Below are positions 51,454-62,421 of a stretch of DNA of 64,000 nucleotides, one piece after another; position 1 is the stretch's first letter; each line of letters begins with the position of its first letter. The position numbers and the translations under genes are program-made. The stretch covers positions 96,001 through 160,000 of the forward strand of contig CAWJSR010000028.1 of the NCBI GenBank assembly GCA_963845515.1, in the 5' to 3' direction. This stretch comes from an uncultured delta proteobacterium (GTDB taxonomy: Bacteria; Myxococcota; Myxococcia; Myxococcales; Anaeromyxobacteraceae). The notes beneath the pieces were generated by a model. It did no database searches. It was not told where the DNA came from and saw nothing but the letters and a program-made list of their open reading frames with translations.

Positions 51454-52621
51454 CTACTTCTTGCGGGGAGGCTCGGGAGCCCCCGGGGGGCGAACCGGTG
51501 CGAAGCCCGCGGGGCGTGGCTGCCCCCTGGCGAAGCCCCACCGCACGCGGCAGAGCTCTGCGCAGACGTCGATGATCTCGCGGGCGGCCTGCGGGGCGCC
51601 GAGCCGGCTGGCGGCGCGCGCCATCTTCCTGCGCCGCTCCGGGTTCGCGAGGACCGCCCGGATCTCCCGGGCGAGCAGCTCGCCGGTGAGATCGCGCTCC
51701 TCGATCATCACGGCCGCGCCCGCCTCGACGAGGCTCCTGGCGTTCAGGACCTGGTGATTGTCGGCGGCGAGCGGGAAGGGGACCAGGATCGACGGCTTCT
51801 GGCAGCAGGTCAGCTCCGCGAGCGTCGTCGCGCCCGCGCGCGCCACCACGAGGTCGGCCGCGGCGTAGGCCGCGCTCATGTCGGTGATGAACTCGCGCAC
51901 GTCGGGGGTGAAGCCGGTGGCTGCGTAACCCTTCTCCACCGGCTCCCGGTCACGGTGGCCAGTCTGGTGCGTGATCGTCAGCTTCTCGCGGACGTCGGCG
52001 AGGTGGGGCAGCGACTCGACGATCCGCATGTTGAGCGCGTGGGCCCCCTGCGATCCGCCCAGGACCAGCACGTGGAGCCGATCGTGCGGTGTCGTGGGGC
52101 GCATGTAGTTGTCGAGCAGCCGGCGCCGGATCGGGTTTCCGAGCTGCTGCACCTTGTGCTTCGGGAAGCAGGCCGGCCGCCTCGGGGAAGGCGGTGAAGA
52201 CCGTCCCGACCACCCGGCCGAGCAGCCGGTTCGTGAAGCCGGCGGCCGCGTTCTGCTCCTGCACCGCGGTCGGGATCCGGAGGAGCCACGCCGACAGCAC
52301 CACGGGGCCGCTCGCGTACCCGCCGACGCCGACGACGATGTCCGGCCGCCACTTCCGCAGGATGAACAGGGACCGGAGCAGCGCGCCGGGGATGAGCAGC
52401 AGGTTGGCCAGGACGTTGGCGAGCCCCTTCCCCTTGAGCCCCTTCACCTGGATGAGCTCGATGGGGTACCCGGCGGCGGGGACGACCGTCGCCTCGAGCC
52501 CGCGCGCCGTCCCGACGAAGATCGCGTCGTTCTCGGCCTGGCGCCCCACCACCTCCTCCGCGAGCGCGATCCCAGGGAAGACGTGGCCACCCGTGCCGCC
52601 GCCGGCGATGAGCACCCTCAC
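51454..52621 (-). CDS. murG: Undecaprenyl-PP-MurNAc-pentapeptide GlcNAc transferase (frameshift at about 52175)
   Basis: GGGTGGH, GGY.S, EQN, GNP.R, GGSQGA, RAGA.T..E, HQ..NA. Confidence 0.95.
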
Positions 52622-53795
52622 GAGCGCGCCTCCGCCGCCGCGCCGACGCGGACGGCCTGCACGCCCGGCGCGAGGAAGCCGCCGCGGTCGGCCGAGACCG
52701 AGAGGAGGATCCCCATCGCGCCCAGGAGGGTCATGAGAGAGCTGCCACCGTAGGAGATGAAGGGGAGCGTGAGCCCCTTGGTCGGGAGGAGGCCGAAGAC
52801 GACCGCGAAGTTGACCAGCGCCTGCGCGCCCACCAGGGTCGAGAGGCCGACCGCGACGTAGCAGCCGAACGGATCGGAGGCGCGGCGCGCGGCACGCAGC
52901 CCCCGCCAGACCAGGACCGCGTAGAGCGCGAGGATCACGGCGACTCCCAGCAGCCCGGTCTCCTCCGCGATCACGGCCGCGATGAAGTCGGTCGGGGCGG
53001 CGAAGAGGTAGTAGAGCTTCCCCTTGCCCTCACCGAGCCCCTGGCCGAGCCAGCCGCCGTTGCCGATCCCCAGGAGCGACTCCACGAGCTGGAAGCCGGC
53101 GCCGTCGCGGTGGCCCCACGGGTCGAGGTAGGCCAGGAAGCGCGAGAGCCGGTACGGCGTGGACGCGACGAGGTACCAGAAGATCGGCGCGACGAGCACG
53201 ACCGCGCCGAGCAGGTAGCGCGCCGGACGCCGGCGGCGTAGAGCATGGTGAAGAGGACCATGCCCATGATGACCACCGTGCCGAGGTCGCGCTCCAGCAG
53301 AACGAGACCGGCCATGAGGCCGGTGACGACGGCGTGCGGGAGGAAGCCGATCGTGAAGACCTGGATCCGATCCTGTTTGCGCGAGAGCGAGCGGGCCAGG
53401 TAGAGGACGAGCGCCACCTTCGCGGCCTCGGCGGGCTGGAAGCGGAGGAGGCCGAGGTCTATCCAGCGGCGGGCGCCGCCCGCCACCTTGCCTATCCCCG
53501 GGATGAGGACCAGCAGCAGCAGCACGAAGGCGACCCCGAGGAGCGGGTAGGCGAGGGCGGAGACCCGCCTGTAGCCGAGCCTCAGGGCGACGACGAGGAG
53601 CGTGAGGCCGATCCCGCCGGACACGAGCTGCCGCTTCAGGTAATGGAACTCGTCGCCGAGCCGCTGGTGCGCGGTCATGGCGCTCGCCGAGTAGACCATC
53701 ACCGCGCCGACGGCGGCGAGGGCGACGACCGCGAAGAGGAGCATCCCATCGAAGGGCGGGCCGTCTCCGTGGCTCGTGTCCCCCCGCGGCCTCAA
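52618..53795 (-). CDS. ftsW: Cell division protein FtsW (frameshift at about 53220)
   Basis: MVYSAS, GARRWI.LG...FQP.E.AK, DLGT, TDFI.A...EE.G, PTKGLTLPFISYGGSS. Confidence 0.93.
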
Positions 53796-54526
53796 GGCAG
53801 CGCCTCCGCGAGCTTCCGGAAGACGTCGCCGCGGTGCTCGTAGTCGTCGAACTGGTCGTAGCTGGCGCACGCCGGCGAGAGGAGGACTACGTCTCCCGGG
53901 ACGGCGAGCGCCGCGGCGCGCGCGACCGCCCTCGCCAGGTCGCCGCAGCTCTCGGTCTGGCCGAGGTCGCCGAGATCGCGCTCCACCGCAGGGGCGTCCT
54001 CGCCGAGCGTCAGCAGCGCCTTGACCCTGCCAGGGAAGAGCTCGCGCAGCGGGGTGTACGGCGCTCCCTTTCCCAGCCCGCCCATCAGGACGATGATCCG
54101 GGCGCGCCCCGGGGCGAAGGCGGCGAGCGCCACGGTGGTCGAGTCGACGTTGGTCGCCTTGGAGTCGTTCACCCACTCGACGCCGTCGCGCTCGCGCACG
54201 AGCTGGAGGCGGTGGGGGAGCCCAGGGAAGCGGTCGAGCCCGCGCTGGGCGGCATCCCCCGAGACCCCCAGCAGCCGCGCGCAGAGCAGCGCGGCGAGCG
54301 CGTTCTCGACGTTGTGGCGGCCGCGGAGCGCGCGGTTCTGCAGCCGGTAACGCTCCGGCGACTCGGAGGGGGCGCGCTGGAGCCAGAGGTCGAAGGCTCC
54401 GCCCGCCTCGCCGCCTCGCGCGGCCCGCGGCTCCACGGGGCCGAAGCCGAACGTCAGCAGCTCGCCGCGCGAGGTGGCCGCCATGGCGACGGTGCGCGGA
54501 TCCCGCGCGTTCGCGATGGCGAAGTC
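53792..54526 (-). CDS. murD: MurD C-terminal half; 5' half missing at the junction
   Basis: G.HN.EN, LPHR, NDSKATN, GG..KG, VLLSPACASYDQF..YE.RG. Confidence 0.9.
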   Translation of the reverse strand, partial: DFAIANARDPRTVAMAATSRGELLTFGFGPVEPRAARGGEAGGAFDLWLQRAPSESPERYRLQNRALRGRHNVENALAALLCARLLGVSGDAAQRGLDRFPGLPHRLQLVRERDGVEWVNDSKATNVDSTTVALAAFAPGRARIIVLMGGLGKGAPYTPLRELFPGRVKALLTLGEDAPAVERDLGDLGQTESCGDLARAVARAAALAVPGDVVLLSPACASYDQFDDYEHRGDVFRKLAEALP

Positions 54527-54535
54527 ATAGAGACA
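54520..54535. other. Bacterial/archaeal sequence junction (probable chimera)
   Basis: Two genes truncated back to back (…gaagtc|atagagacaac…); abrupt GC and codon shift; no att site, IS end or tRNA. Confidence 0.9.
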
Positions 54536-54882
54536 ACGGGGCAGGCAATGCATTCACCGGCATCCGCGATGCAACCGGGCACGTCTTCCCGATCCAGACC
54601 GATGGCGAATGCCGGACCCGGATCGGTAACGCAGTGGAGACCTGCCTTATCGACCACCTGCCCGCGATCCGTCAGGCCGGTATCAGCGAGGTCGTGATCG
54701 ACACCCGCGGCCGTACCGGTGCGTATGCCGGGGCGATGACGCGGATCTACCGTGAGGCAATTGATCAGGTTAACGACAGAGCCATTACGGAGAACCAGAT
54801 CAGATCCCTGAAAGACCGGATAAAAATACTTGCCTGCGGGGGGATCACCGCGGGGCACTTCCTCCGGGGCCTGAAAGAATAA
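54528..54882 (+). CDS. C-terminal fragment of a U32-family peptidase-like protein
   Basis: IRD..G..FPI..D.ECRT.I.N...CLID.L..I...G...V.ID.R...IT.GH..RG. Confidence 0.65.
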
Positions 54883-55001
54883 CGCATGGATTATCCAGAA
54901 CCTGCAGTTTTTTCCGGAACGGGCACCGGTACCAATATTGATGATAATCAAACCTCATGGAGTAATAAGGACAAAACCCCAGTGTCCACGGAGCAGGAAC
55001 C

Positions 55002-55675
55002 ATGCCTTCACCACTGATCCTTGTCAACCTGAAGACCTACAAGGAAGGGACGGGCAACCGTGCCCACATGATCGCACAGGCAGCAGAACTCGTGGCGCGG
55101 GAGAGCGGGGTCACTATCGGGATCGCCCCCACCTATATCGATCTCCACCCGATCAGCCCACCACTTCGCCATACCGGTCTATGCCCAGCACGTGGACGGG
55201 TGTCGAACCCGGTGCAAATACCGGCCATATCACTGTCGATGCCATCAAAGCCGCCGGTGCTGCAGGATCGCTCGTGAACCACTCGGAACGGCGCCTGACG
55301 CTTGCGGATATCGAAGCCTCGGTCACGGGCGCTGCAGGCGCAGAAGATGATCTGCGGTGGTCTGCACCAACAACGAGGCAGCCAGCGCGGCAGCGGCAGC
55401 ACTCGCGTCCGGAATACGTGGCCATCGAGCCCCCGGAACTGATCGGCAGCGGCGTCTCGGTCTCGAAGGCAAACCCGGAGATCATCAGGCGGTCGGTTGC
55501 CACGGTCCATGCGGTAAATCCAAAGGTAAAAGTCCTGACCGGGGCCGGTATCCAGTCCGGGGAATGCGTGAAGATTGCCGTGGATCTCGGAACAGATGGC
55601 GTGCTCCTTGCATCAAGCGTGGTAAAGGCAAAAGACCCGGGCATCGTGCTCCGGGACCTGGTCTCAAAACTCTAA
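55002..55675 (+). CDS. tpiA: Archaeal-type triosephosphate isomerase (several frameshifts)
   Basis: [13 protein letters not shown]....[32 protein letters not shown]. Confidence 0.9.
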
Positions 55676-55680
55676 AGAAA

Positions 55681-55688
55681 TTTTTTTT
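55681..55688 (+). terminator. Oligo-T archaeal-type terminator after tpiA
   Basis: Run of T immediately after the TAA stop. Confidence 0.5.
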
Positions 55689-55694
55689 CGGATA

Positions 55695-55794
55695 TTATTT
55701 GAGGAACAGTACCAGATTCCGACAATCACTACAAACATCACAACACCGATTCCGATTACGGTCATACTGCTGATCTCGTTGATTCTTCTGCCAT
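55695..55794 (-). CDS. Putative about 33-aa single-pass membrane microprotein (needs indel correction)
   Basis: AAGGAG RBS, ATG at 55794, MAEESTRSA.. then TVIGIGVVMFVVIVGIWY.FLK-stop. Confidence 0.4.
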
Positions 55795-55923
55795 GTGAGA
55801 CACTCCTTGATGATGGCCTCGATATGTTCCTAAGTATTCGTAAAATATTTCCATATAAAAATATTATCGCCACTGGTCGGACATATTCACGTGAAATGGA
55901 ATACAGCGGGAAAATGGGAATGG

Positions 55924-56480
55924 TCAGACAATCAGCGAGATCAGGTCATGCTTGGTGATAACGCCACGCACAGTCTTTCCTTCCACCACCAGCACCGCGT
56001 GGTTCTGCTGGAGGATATTGATCACCGTCTCCACATCCATATCCGGGGGTACCGTGGGGAATCCCGGACTCCATGAAATCCCGCACCGTGAACAGGTGGG
56101 TCTTGTGCAGGCGCTGCTGTTCGATGGCCTTGACAATCACGGTTTCGGAAATACAGCCGACCGGAACACCCCGCTCAATCACCGGGAGCTGGGAGATATT
56201 ATTCTTCTCAAAGATCTCCACTGCCCGGGTGATCGCATCCTGCGGCTGCACCGAGAGGACCGGCGTATGCATGATCTGGGCTGCCTTGATCTTCTTGGGC
56301 TCGGCACTGTTCAGCACAACAATGATCTTGTTGAGCGTGCTGACCCGGGGATCGACATTTCCTGCTTCGATACGGGCTACCATGGACTGGCTGATACCTG
56401 CCCGCTTGGCAAGTTCCGTCTGTTTCAGGCCCAGCGCTTCGCGGCGCGTGCGGAGTTCCTTCGGGTGTTGGTATATGCAT
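55924..56480 (-). CDS. XRE-HTH plus CBS-pair transcriptional regulator (frameshifted)
   Basis: GLKQTELA..AGISQSMVARIEAG.VDPR.ST, IMH.PV, ISQLPV, AVLVV...GVITK.D. Confidence 0.85.
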
Positions 56481-56935
56481 CCTGATTACTGATGGTGATA
56501 AGAGATTATCAAGGTTATGCAGGAGGATGGAGCAGGGAGAGCCGTCGTGTACGTCCGATATTACCCGACAGAAAATGATATCAGGATCATAAACGGACAT
56601 TCTTCCAGTGGAAACCCGAGAAGATCCGGTGCAGTGCAAAATTCTATAAACCCGGCGCAATATAGCTCTTCCCTGATAATCCAATTGTCTGATATTGGAC
56701 TTGTGTCGAATATGGACGAATGTCTCAACAATGACGACGATGAAGAGCACCATCGGGTGTCCTTTACCTCTTCTGGTGCACAGCACGAAGTTAGATCCTC
56801 AGTTCACCCATGGAACATATTCCTGAATACAGAAGACACGTTCCAACCAGATCGTGCCGGGATAATTGCAGGGCTGCAATTATGCCGGAATAATTCCATA
56901 CCTGCACCGGCAGGGACAGGCGGCAGGTCGACCAG

Positions 56936-57730
56936 GTGATGAGCAGCAGACGGAATGGGAATGTGCGGGCATCCGTCACGGCAACAGCCGGGAATACATC
57001 ACCGTCCGCAGTTCCGCTCAACCTCTCTGAACATGAGGATCAGGAAAAACTCATTCATGATGAAACCGCTGAATTCCATAAGGCAAACGGTCACCGGGAG
57101 ACGGGATTGCTCAGGGACTCCCTCCACATACTTGAACGGGACGGCATCTGCCACGTGATAAGCGAGGATTACTCGTACAAGACCGATCCGTACTACACGA
57201 TACTCGACTACGAGCTTCGCGGGAAAAACGTGAGACCCACAAGTAGCGCGGTACTGGACGCCTATGTGGTTCCAATGTGCCTTGAGCGGGCGAAACTTGC
57301 CGGCATTCCGGTAGCGGATTGGGGGATCTCACAAGGGTTCGTCCCGTTGCCGGCAATCATCTACGGGCTGAATTATTTTGCCACCAGCGCGGATTTCGTC
57401 CTCGTCCGGGATGGCGAGAAGGCAAAGGAGGTCATCGCGCACGTGACGAACAAGGGCAAGTACCCGTTCTGCTACCAGAAGATCCCGCCCGATGCAACCG
57501 TCCATTCCTGCGTCAGCATTTTTGGCAGGACTGCAGATTCCTGCACTGCCATTACCGGGCTTGCACAGAGAATTTACCAGCTCTTCTCCATCCCGCTCGT
57601 GACGATGGTCTTTGTAAAGACGGGTGATGAATACCACCTCTCGTCGCTGTCACCAACAAAATATACCCGGATCTCCAATGATGAGCGGGCGCTCCTCACC
57701 GCATACCTTGCCCACCAGGAGTTCCTATGA
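56936..57730 (+). CDS. RLAN (RimK-like ATP-grasp N-terminal) domain protein
   Basis: DYSYKT..YY...E.RG..VRP resembles the RLAN motif; stop overlaps the RimK start; true start may be downstream. Confidence 0.65.
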   Translation: MMSSRRNGNVRASVTATAGNTSPSAVPLNLSEHEDQEKLIHDETAEFHKANGHRETGLLRDSLHILERDGICHVISEDYSYKTDPYYTILDYELRGKNVRPTSSAVLDAYVVPMCLERAKLAGIPVADWGISQGFVPLPAIIYGLNYFATSADFVLVRDGEKAKEVIAHVTNKGKYPFCYQKIPPDATVHSCVSIFGRTADSCTAITGLAQRIYQLFSIPLVTMVFVKTGDEYHLSSLSPTKYTRISNDERALLTAYLAHQEFL

Positions 57731-58599
57731 GCAGGCTTGGGATCTTCGTTGACCGCAAGACCCTTGCCAGTGCCGAACAGCTCACGGCACTCATCCACTG
57801 CCGCGATGTAGCGGAGGGCATGGGGCACGATGTTGACTTCATCTTCCCGGTCGACATAACGAAGATCCCGAAGATGGACGCGCTCTTCATCCGGGCCCGC
57901 ACCGACCCGATGAACGTCACGTATGTTGCCGCACAGATGGCCGCTTTCCATGGCATCCCGGTCATCGATGACCCGGCATCCATCCGGATCTGCTCTGACA
58001 AGGTCAACATGTATTCCCACCTGATGAAAAAGGACATCTCCATCCCCAAGACGGTATTCCTTTCAAAAAACGATCTTTCCGAAGAACGGGTTGCACGCCT
58101 CTTCGAAGAACTCGGTACACCCATAATCGTCAAGGAGCCGTCTACCTCTTTCTCGCTCCGCGTTGAAAAGGTAAACGACATCCCAGGTTTTTTCCAGGTT
58201 GCACGCCGGTTCATCAGGCTTTCAGACTGGATCGTTGCCCAGCAGTATATCGAGAGCAAATATGACTGGCGGGTCGGGGTCCTGGGCGGGAAGCTGCTCT
58301 ATGCCTGCAAGTACACGATACCGTCGGTCACGTTCAAGATCCAGGCATCGGTGAACGGGCATATCGTGTACTGCGGTGTTGAGAGCGTGCCGGAAAAAGC
58401 CATACCCCCCCATGTGGTCCGGCTTGGGATTGATGCCGGAAACGCGATCGGCAACGGCCTCTATGGTGTGGACATAAAAAATAATAACGGCGATGCGTAT
58501 GTTATAGAGGTGAACGACAATCCCTCGCTCGAGAGCGGCGAGGATGGCCATTACCCGGATGTATACGCGAAGATCGTTGACTGCCTTTTTGCGCCGTGA
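57727..58599 (+). CDS. RimK-family ATP-grasp ligase
   Basis: DALFIR, VIDDP.SI..C.DK, PKT, P.IVK.P..SFS..V.KV, Q.Y....DWRVGVL, GLYGVD.K, VIEVNDNP. Confidence 0.9.
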   Translation: MSRLGIFVDRKTLASAEQLTALIHCRDVAEGMGHDVDFIFPVDITKIPKMDALFIRARTDPMNVTYVAAQMAAFHGIPVIDDPASIRICSDKVNMYSHLMKKDISIPKTVFLSKNDLSEERVARLFEELGTPIIVKEPSTSFSLRVEKVNDIPGFFQVARRFIRLSDWIVAQQYIESKYDWRVGVLGGKLLYACKYTIPSVTFKIQASVNGHIVYCGVESVPEKAIPPHVVRLGIDAGNAIGNGLYGVDIKNNNGDAYVIEVNDNPSLESGEDGHYPDVYAKIVDCLFAP

Positions 58600-58605
58600 T
58601 ATCCC

Positions 58606-59107
58606 ATGACCAACGACTGGCTTATCCGCGCCGAGGTTATTTGCATGGACTGCGGCGGGACGCTGCTGCAACGATGCTCATCCCCCGATCTCCGGGCACT
58701 GTTACGACCGGCTGGTGGCGCAGGGGGTACCGGAAGACTCCTTTGAGTGGAGGGGGTACCATGCGATCCGGGCACGAAGGGACGGTACGTGCATCTTCTG
58801 CAACGGGAACAAATGCACGATCCATGCCATCAAACCGGAAACCTGCCGGGCGGGGCCGTTCACATTCGATGTGAAAGGGGATGTCATCGGGATCTTCCTG
58901 AAATACGAGGCGGTCTGTCCGGTGGTCCGGTTGCTGAAAGAAGTGCCTGATGCGTACGATCACCAGTTTGATGTTGCCAAAAAGAGTATCACGCACCTTG
59001 TCCGGCACCTGACTGACGAAGAACTGAATGCCATATGCAGGATTGAAGAACCGGAGACGGAAAAAGTGGCGGATATACCAAGGGAATACCATGACCATCG
59101 GGACTGA
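58606..59107 (+). CDS. YkgJ-family Cys-cluster (Zn/Fe-S) protein (frameshift at about 58660)
   Basis: CMDCGG.CC, C.F.....C.IH..KP.TC...PF. Confidence 0.8.
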
Positions 59108-60198
59108 ACACGAATTCTCCATCAACGACCCGCAGTTCAATCCGCTACCGGTCTCCGACACGATCCTCAAAACCATCTGCGGGAGTTTCTCAAGCGAGAT
59201 CCTGTTCGGGGATGTGAAACTCGGAAAGGAGCTCCAGAAGACGGTCCTCGAGATCATTCCCCGCAACCACTCTGATAGTATCGCAGTACTGGAAGGGCAG
59301 CTGATGCGGGGGATACAGAAGTTTTCTCATGTGTTCCAAAACCGCTACCAGTCTGCTCGGCCTCGGTATGCACCCGACACTGAACCTCAACGAGACTGCA
59401 GTCTGGGACCATGACGAAGGGGAATATTACCGGACTTACGACCGCCTCTTCAATATCCACCAGCACGGGTGGCTCAACATCCAGGCTCTTCAGGTCAACC
59501 TCGCGTATAACGGGGAGAAAGACCTCGTGCAGCAATACAATCGCCTCCGCAGCCTGCTGCCATACCTCATTGCGGTCACTGCCGCCTCACCCGTTGTCGA
59601 GGGAAAGAACAACGGCACCGCGGATAACCGGCTTCTTTATTACCGGGAGAACCAGAAAGAGATCCCGCTCATCTGCAACCGCATTATTCCGGAAAAGATT
59701 GAGTCCGTCCATGAGTATCGGAAGGAGCAGGAAAAGATCTTTACTGAACTCAGGAATATGGATGCGGAGATCCTGTGCGAAGAATGGGTGAACTCGGGGG
59801 GCGTCATTATCCGTTTCTCGAGGAAGTGTCTGGAGATCAAGGCAATGGACGAGCAGGACTGTATCCGGTCTGATATGGCGGTCTGTGCATTCATCCGTTC
59901 TCTCCTGCGGTGTAAATCCCTGCCGGTCGAGACTGACCAGGAGGCGCTCCTGGCATTCACGGAGGACGCGATCCGTGAGGGGACTGCGGCGTTCCGGCCG
60001 GAGTTGCAGCAGCTGTATACCAGAGCATGGGACCATGCCACAGCAGAAGAACGGACATATCTCCCGTTCATCAGCCAGAGGATCGAACAGGGAAGCCTTG
60101 GTGAGATCATCCGCGAACGGTGTGAACGGGAGCGGGAGATCATCCCAATCCTTGCTGATATGGCCTGTGCCCTGAAAACGAATGTACCGTACCGGTGA
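59091..60198 (+). CDS. Glutamate--cysteine ligase family 2 (GCS2/YbdK-like) carboxylate-amine ligase (frameshift at about 59350)
   Basis: IGTEHEF, KEL...VLE, GMHP, HGW.N....QVN, ASP..EG, NS.G.I.RF.R..LEI..MD.Q. Confidence 0.85.
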
Positions 60199-60281
60199 AA
60201 AAACACTTTGTAGCCGGTTATCCTCATTAACCAGCGCACCTATATTCTGTATCCATACACAAGGTAAGAGGATCGGTTACA

Positions 60282-62351
60282 ATGGCACGCCAGTTACTCT
60301 CGGAAGCGGAAGGTTATGAACTGCTGAAGGCTGCCGGTATTCCGGTCCCGCGGTTTGTTATCGTACACTCATCAGAAGAAGCAACGAATGCTGCCGGGAT
60401 GATCGGCTATCCCGCTGTTATGAAAGTGATCTCTCAGCAGGTCGTGCATAAAACTGATGCCGGCGGGGTCATCCTCAACATCAGATCACCGGCCGAAGCA
60501 ACGGCTGCCTTCGAAACGATCTCCCGTAACGTCAGCATGAAGATCCCCGGTGCGGTGATTGACGGCATCCTCGTCGTGCAGCAGCTCACCTCAGGGCTCG
60601 AACTGATCATCGGAGGGAAAACCGATCCTACATTTGGCAAGGTCATTACCATCGGTGCCGGGGGGACACTGGTCGAATTGCTGCGAGACGTCTCGATCCG
60701 GGTGCTGCCAATCGATGAACATGAGATCAAAACGATGGTGCGGCGAGCTCCGGAGTTATCGCCTTATAGAGGGATACCGGAACCAGCCTCCCCGCGATGA
60801 GCAGGCATTTGTATCCGCGATCGCTGCTGCAGCCCGGTGGTTCTTTGCAAGCCCGCGCATCGTGGAATTCGACCTCAACCCGCTCGTCCTGTACGAGGAA
60901 GGCGGATGTGCGGTCGATGCCCGGGTGTACGTAGACAATGCACCCCCACCGGTAGCACCGGATGTGAAACCGGCCCACCCGGACCAGCTCCTGACCATCC
61001 GGTCCATCGCTGTGGTCGGGGCATCGCAGGATCCGAACAAGGTCGGGTACGCAATCACGCGGAACCTTCTGTCGTTTCCGGGTTCACTCTATCCCGTCAA
61101 CCCGAAGTCTACGGAAATTCTCGGGCGTAAAGCCTACCCATCGCTGTCGCATATTCCGGAAAACGTGGACGTGGCGGTTGTCGCGATCCCGGCAAACGGG
61201 GTGCCGCGGGTCGTAAAAGAAGCGGGGGTGAAGAAGGTTCCGCTCGTGATCATCATATCCTCAGGATTCCGCGAAGCCGGGGAAGCAGGCCGTATGCTGG
61301 AGAACGAGGTTCTTGCGACTGCACGCCAGTACGGGTCCGGATCATGGGGCCGAACTGCCTCGGGCTCATGCTCCCCCACCAGGGGATCAACACAACGTTC
61401 GACCCGGTCTCGCCCAAACCGGGGAAGATTGCCTTCATTTCGCAGAGCGGGGCCATCATCACTACCATTGTTGACTGGAGCCTGCCGGAAGAGATCGGCC
61501 TCTCGGCGGTAATCAGCGTCGGCAACCAGGCTGACCTCACGTTCGAGGACTTTGTCCTGTTCGCCGGCAATGACCCGAACACGAGAGCAATCATTCTCTA
61601 TGCCGAACAGATCCGGTACGGCCGCCGGTTCATGGATACGGTGAGCAGGATAACACCGGAGAAACCGGTTGTCGTCATCAAGGCAGGGGCATCTGTGGTC
61701 GGGCAGAAAGCCGCCGCATCCCATACCGGATCGCTTGCCGGGAGCCATGCTGTTTATCTCGCGGCATTCCGGCAGGCCGGAGTCATTCCGGTGAACTCTA
61801 TCCGCGGGGCTTTTCAGACCGCAGAACTGCTGGCATCGGAAGGGTATCCCAAAGGTACCCGTGCTATTGTTATTACCAATGCCGGAGGCTTTGGTGTCCT
61901 CTCTTCGGATTATGCCGAACAGAACGGGATTGTGATGGCAGAATTTTCAGATGATCTTATCAGGGAACTCAACGAAGTGCTGCCACCTGACTGGAGCCGG
62001 GCAAACCCGATCGACATGGTGGGCGATTCAAGCGCGGACCGTTTTGCACGGACATTTGATATCATGATAAAAAACCAGCAGATATGGGACATTGCCTTCG
62101 TCATCGCAGTCCCCTCGGCAATCTCGGACCCGATCCGGGTGGCAAACGAGATCGTCCGCTTCTCGAAACACACCCATAAGATGATCGTGGGCTGCATGAT
62201 CGGCGGTGACAGCATGAAGACCCCGCTCCGCATCCTACGCGATGCCCAGATCCCCAATTTCCCGGACCTCGAGGACGCCTTCAAGGCAGTCGGGATGATC
62301 AGCAATCACCGGTGCAGCACGGATTCGACGGCGTGCCGGCACGGCGAATGA
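60282..62351 (+). CDS. ADP-forming acetate/acyl-CoA ligase, beta-alpha fusion (frameshifts at about 60740 and 61335)
   Basis: HKTD.GGV, D..FG, DLNP; IAVVGAS....KVG, GPNCLG, SQSGA, phospho-His motif SHTGSLAG, TNAGG.GV, NPID. Confidence 0.88.
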
Positions 62352-62421
62352 AGAGTAATTATTTCAGTAAAAACGTATTCGGAAATGTACTTCGATTGAA
62401 TCCACTTTACTTGTAGTTATG

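Noticed and set aside
60282..62351. ADP-forming acyl-CoA synthetase as part of the RimK/GCS2 operon
   Set aside because: It is separated by an AT-rich gap with its own RBS and probable promoter, and it is a common stand-alone gene in methanogens. No evidence of functional linkage.
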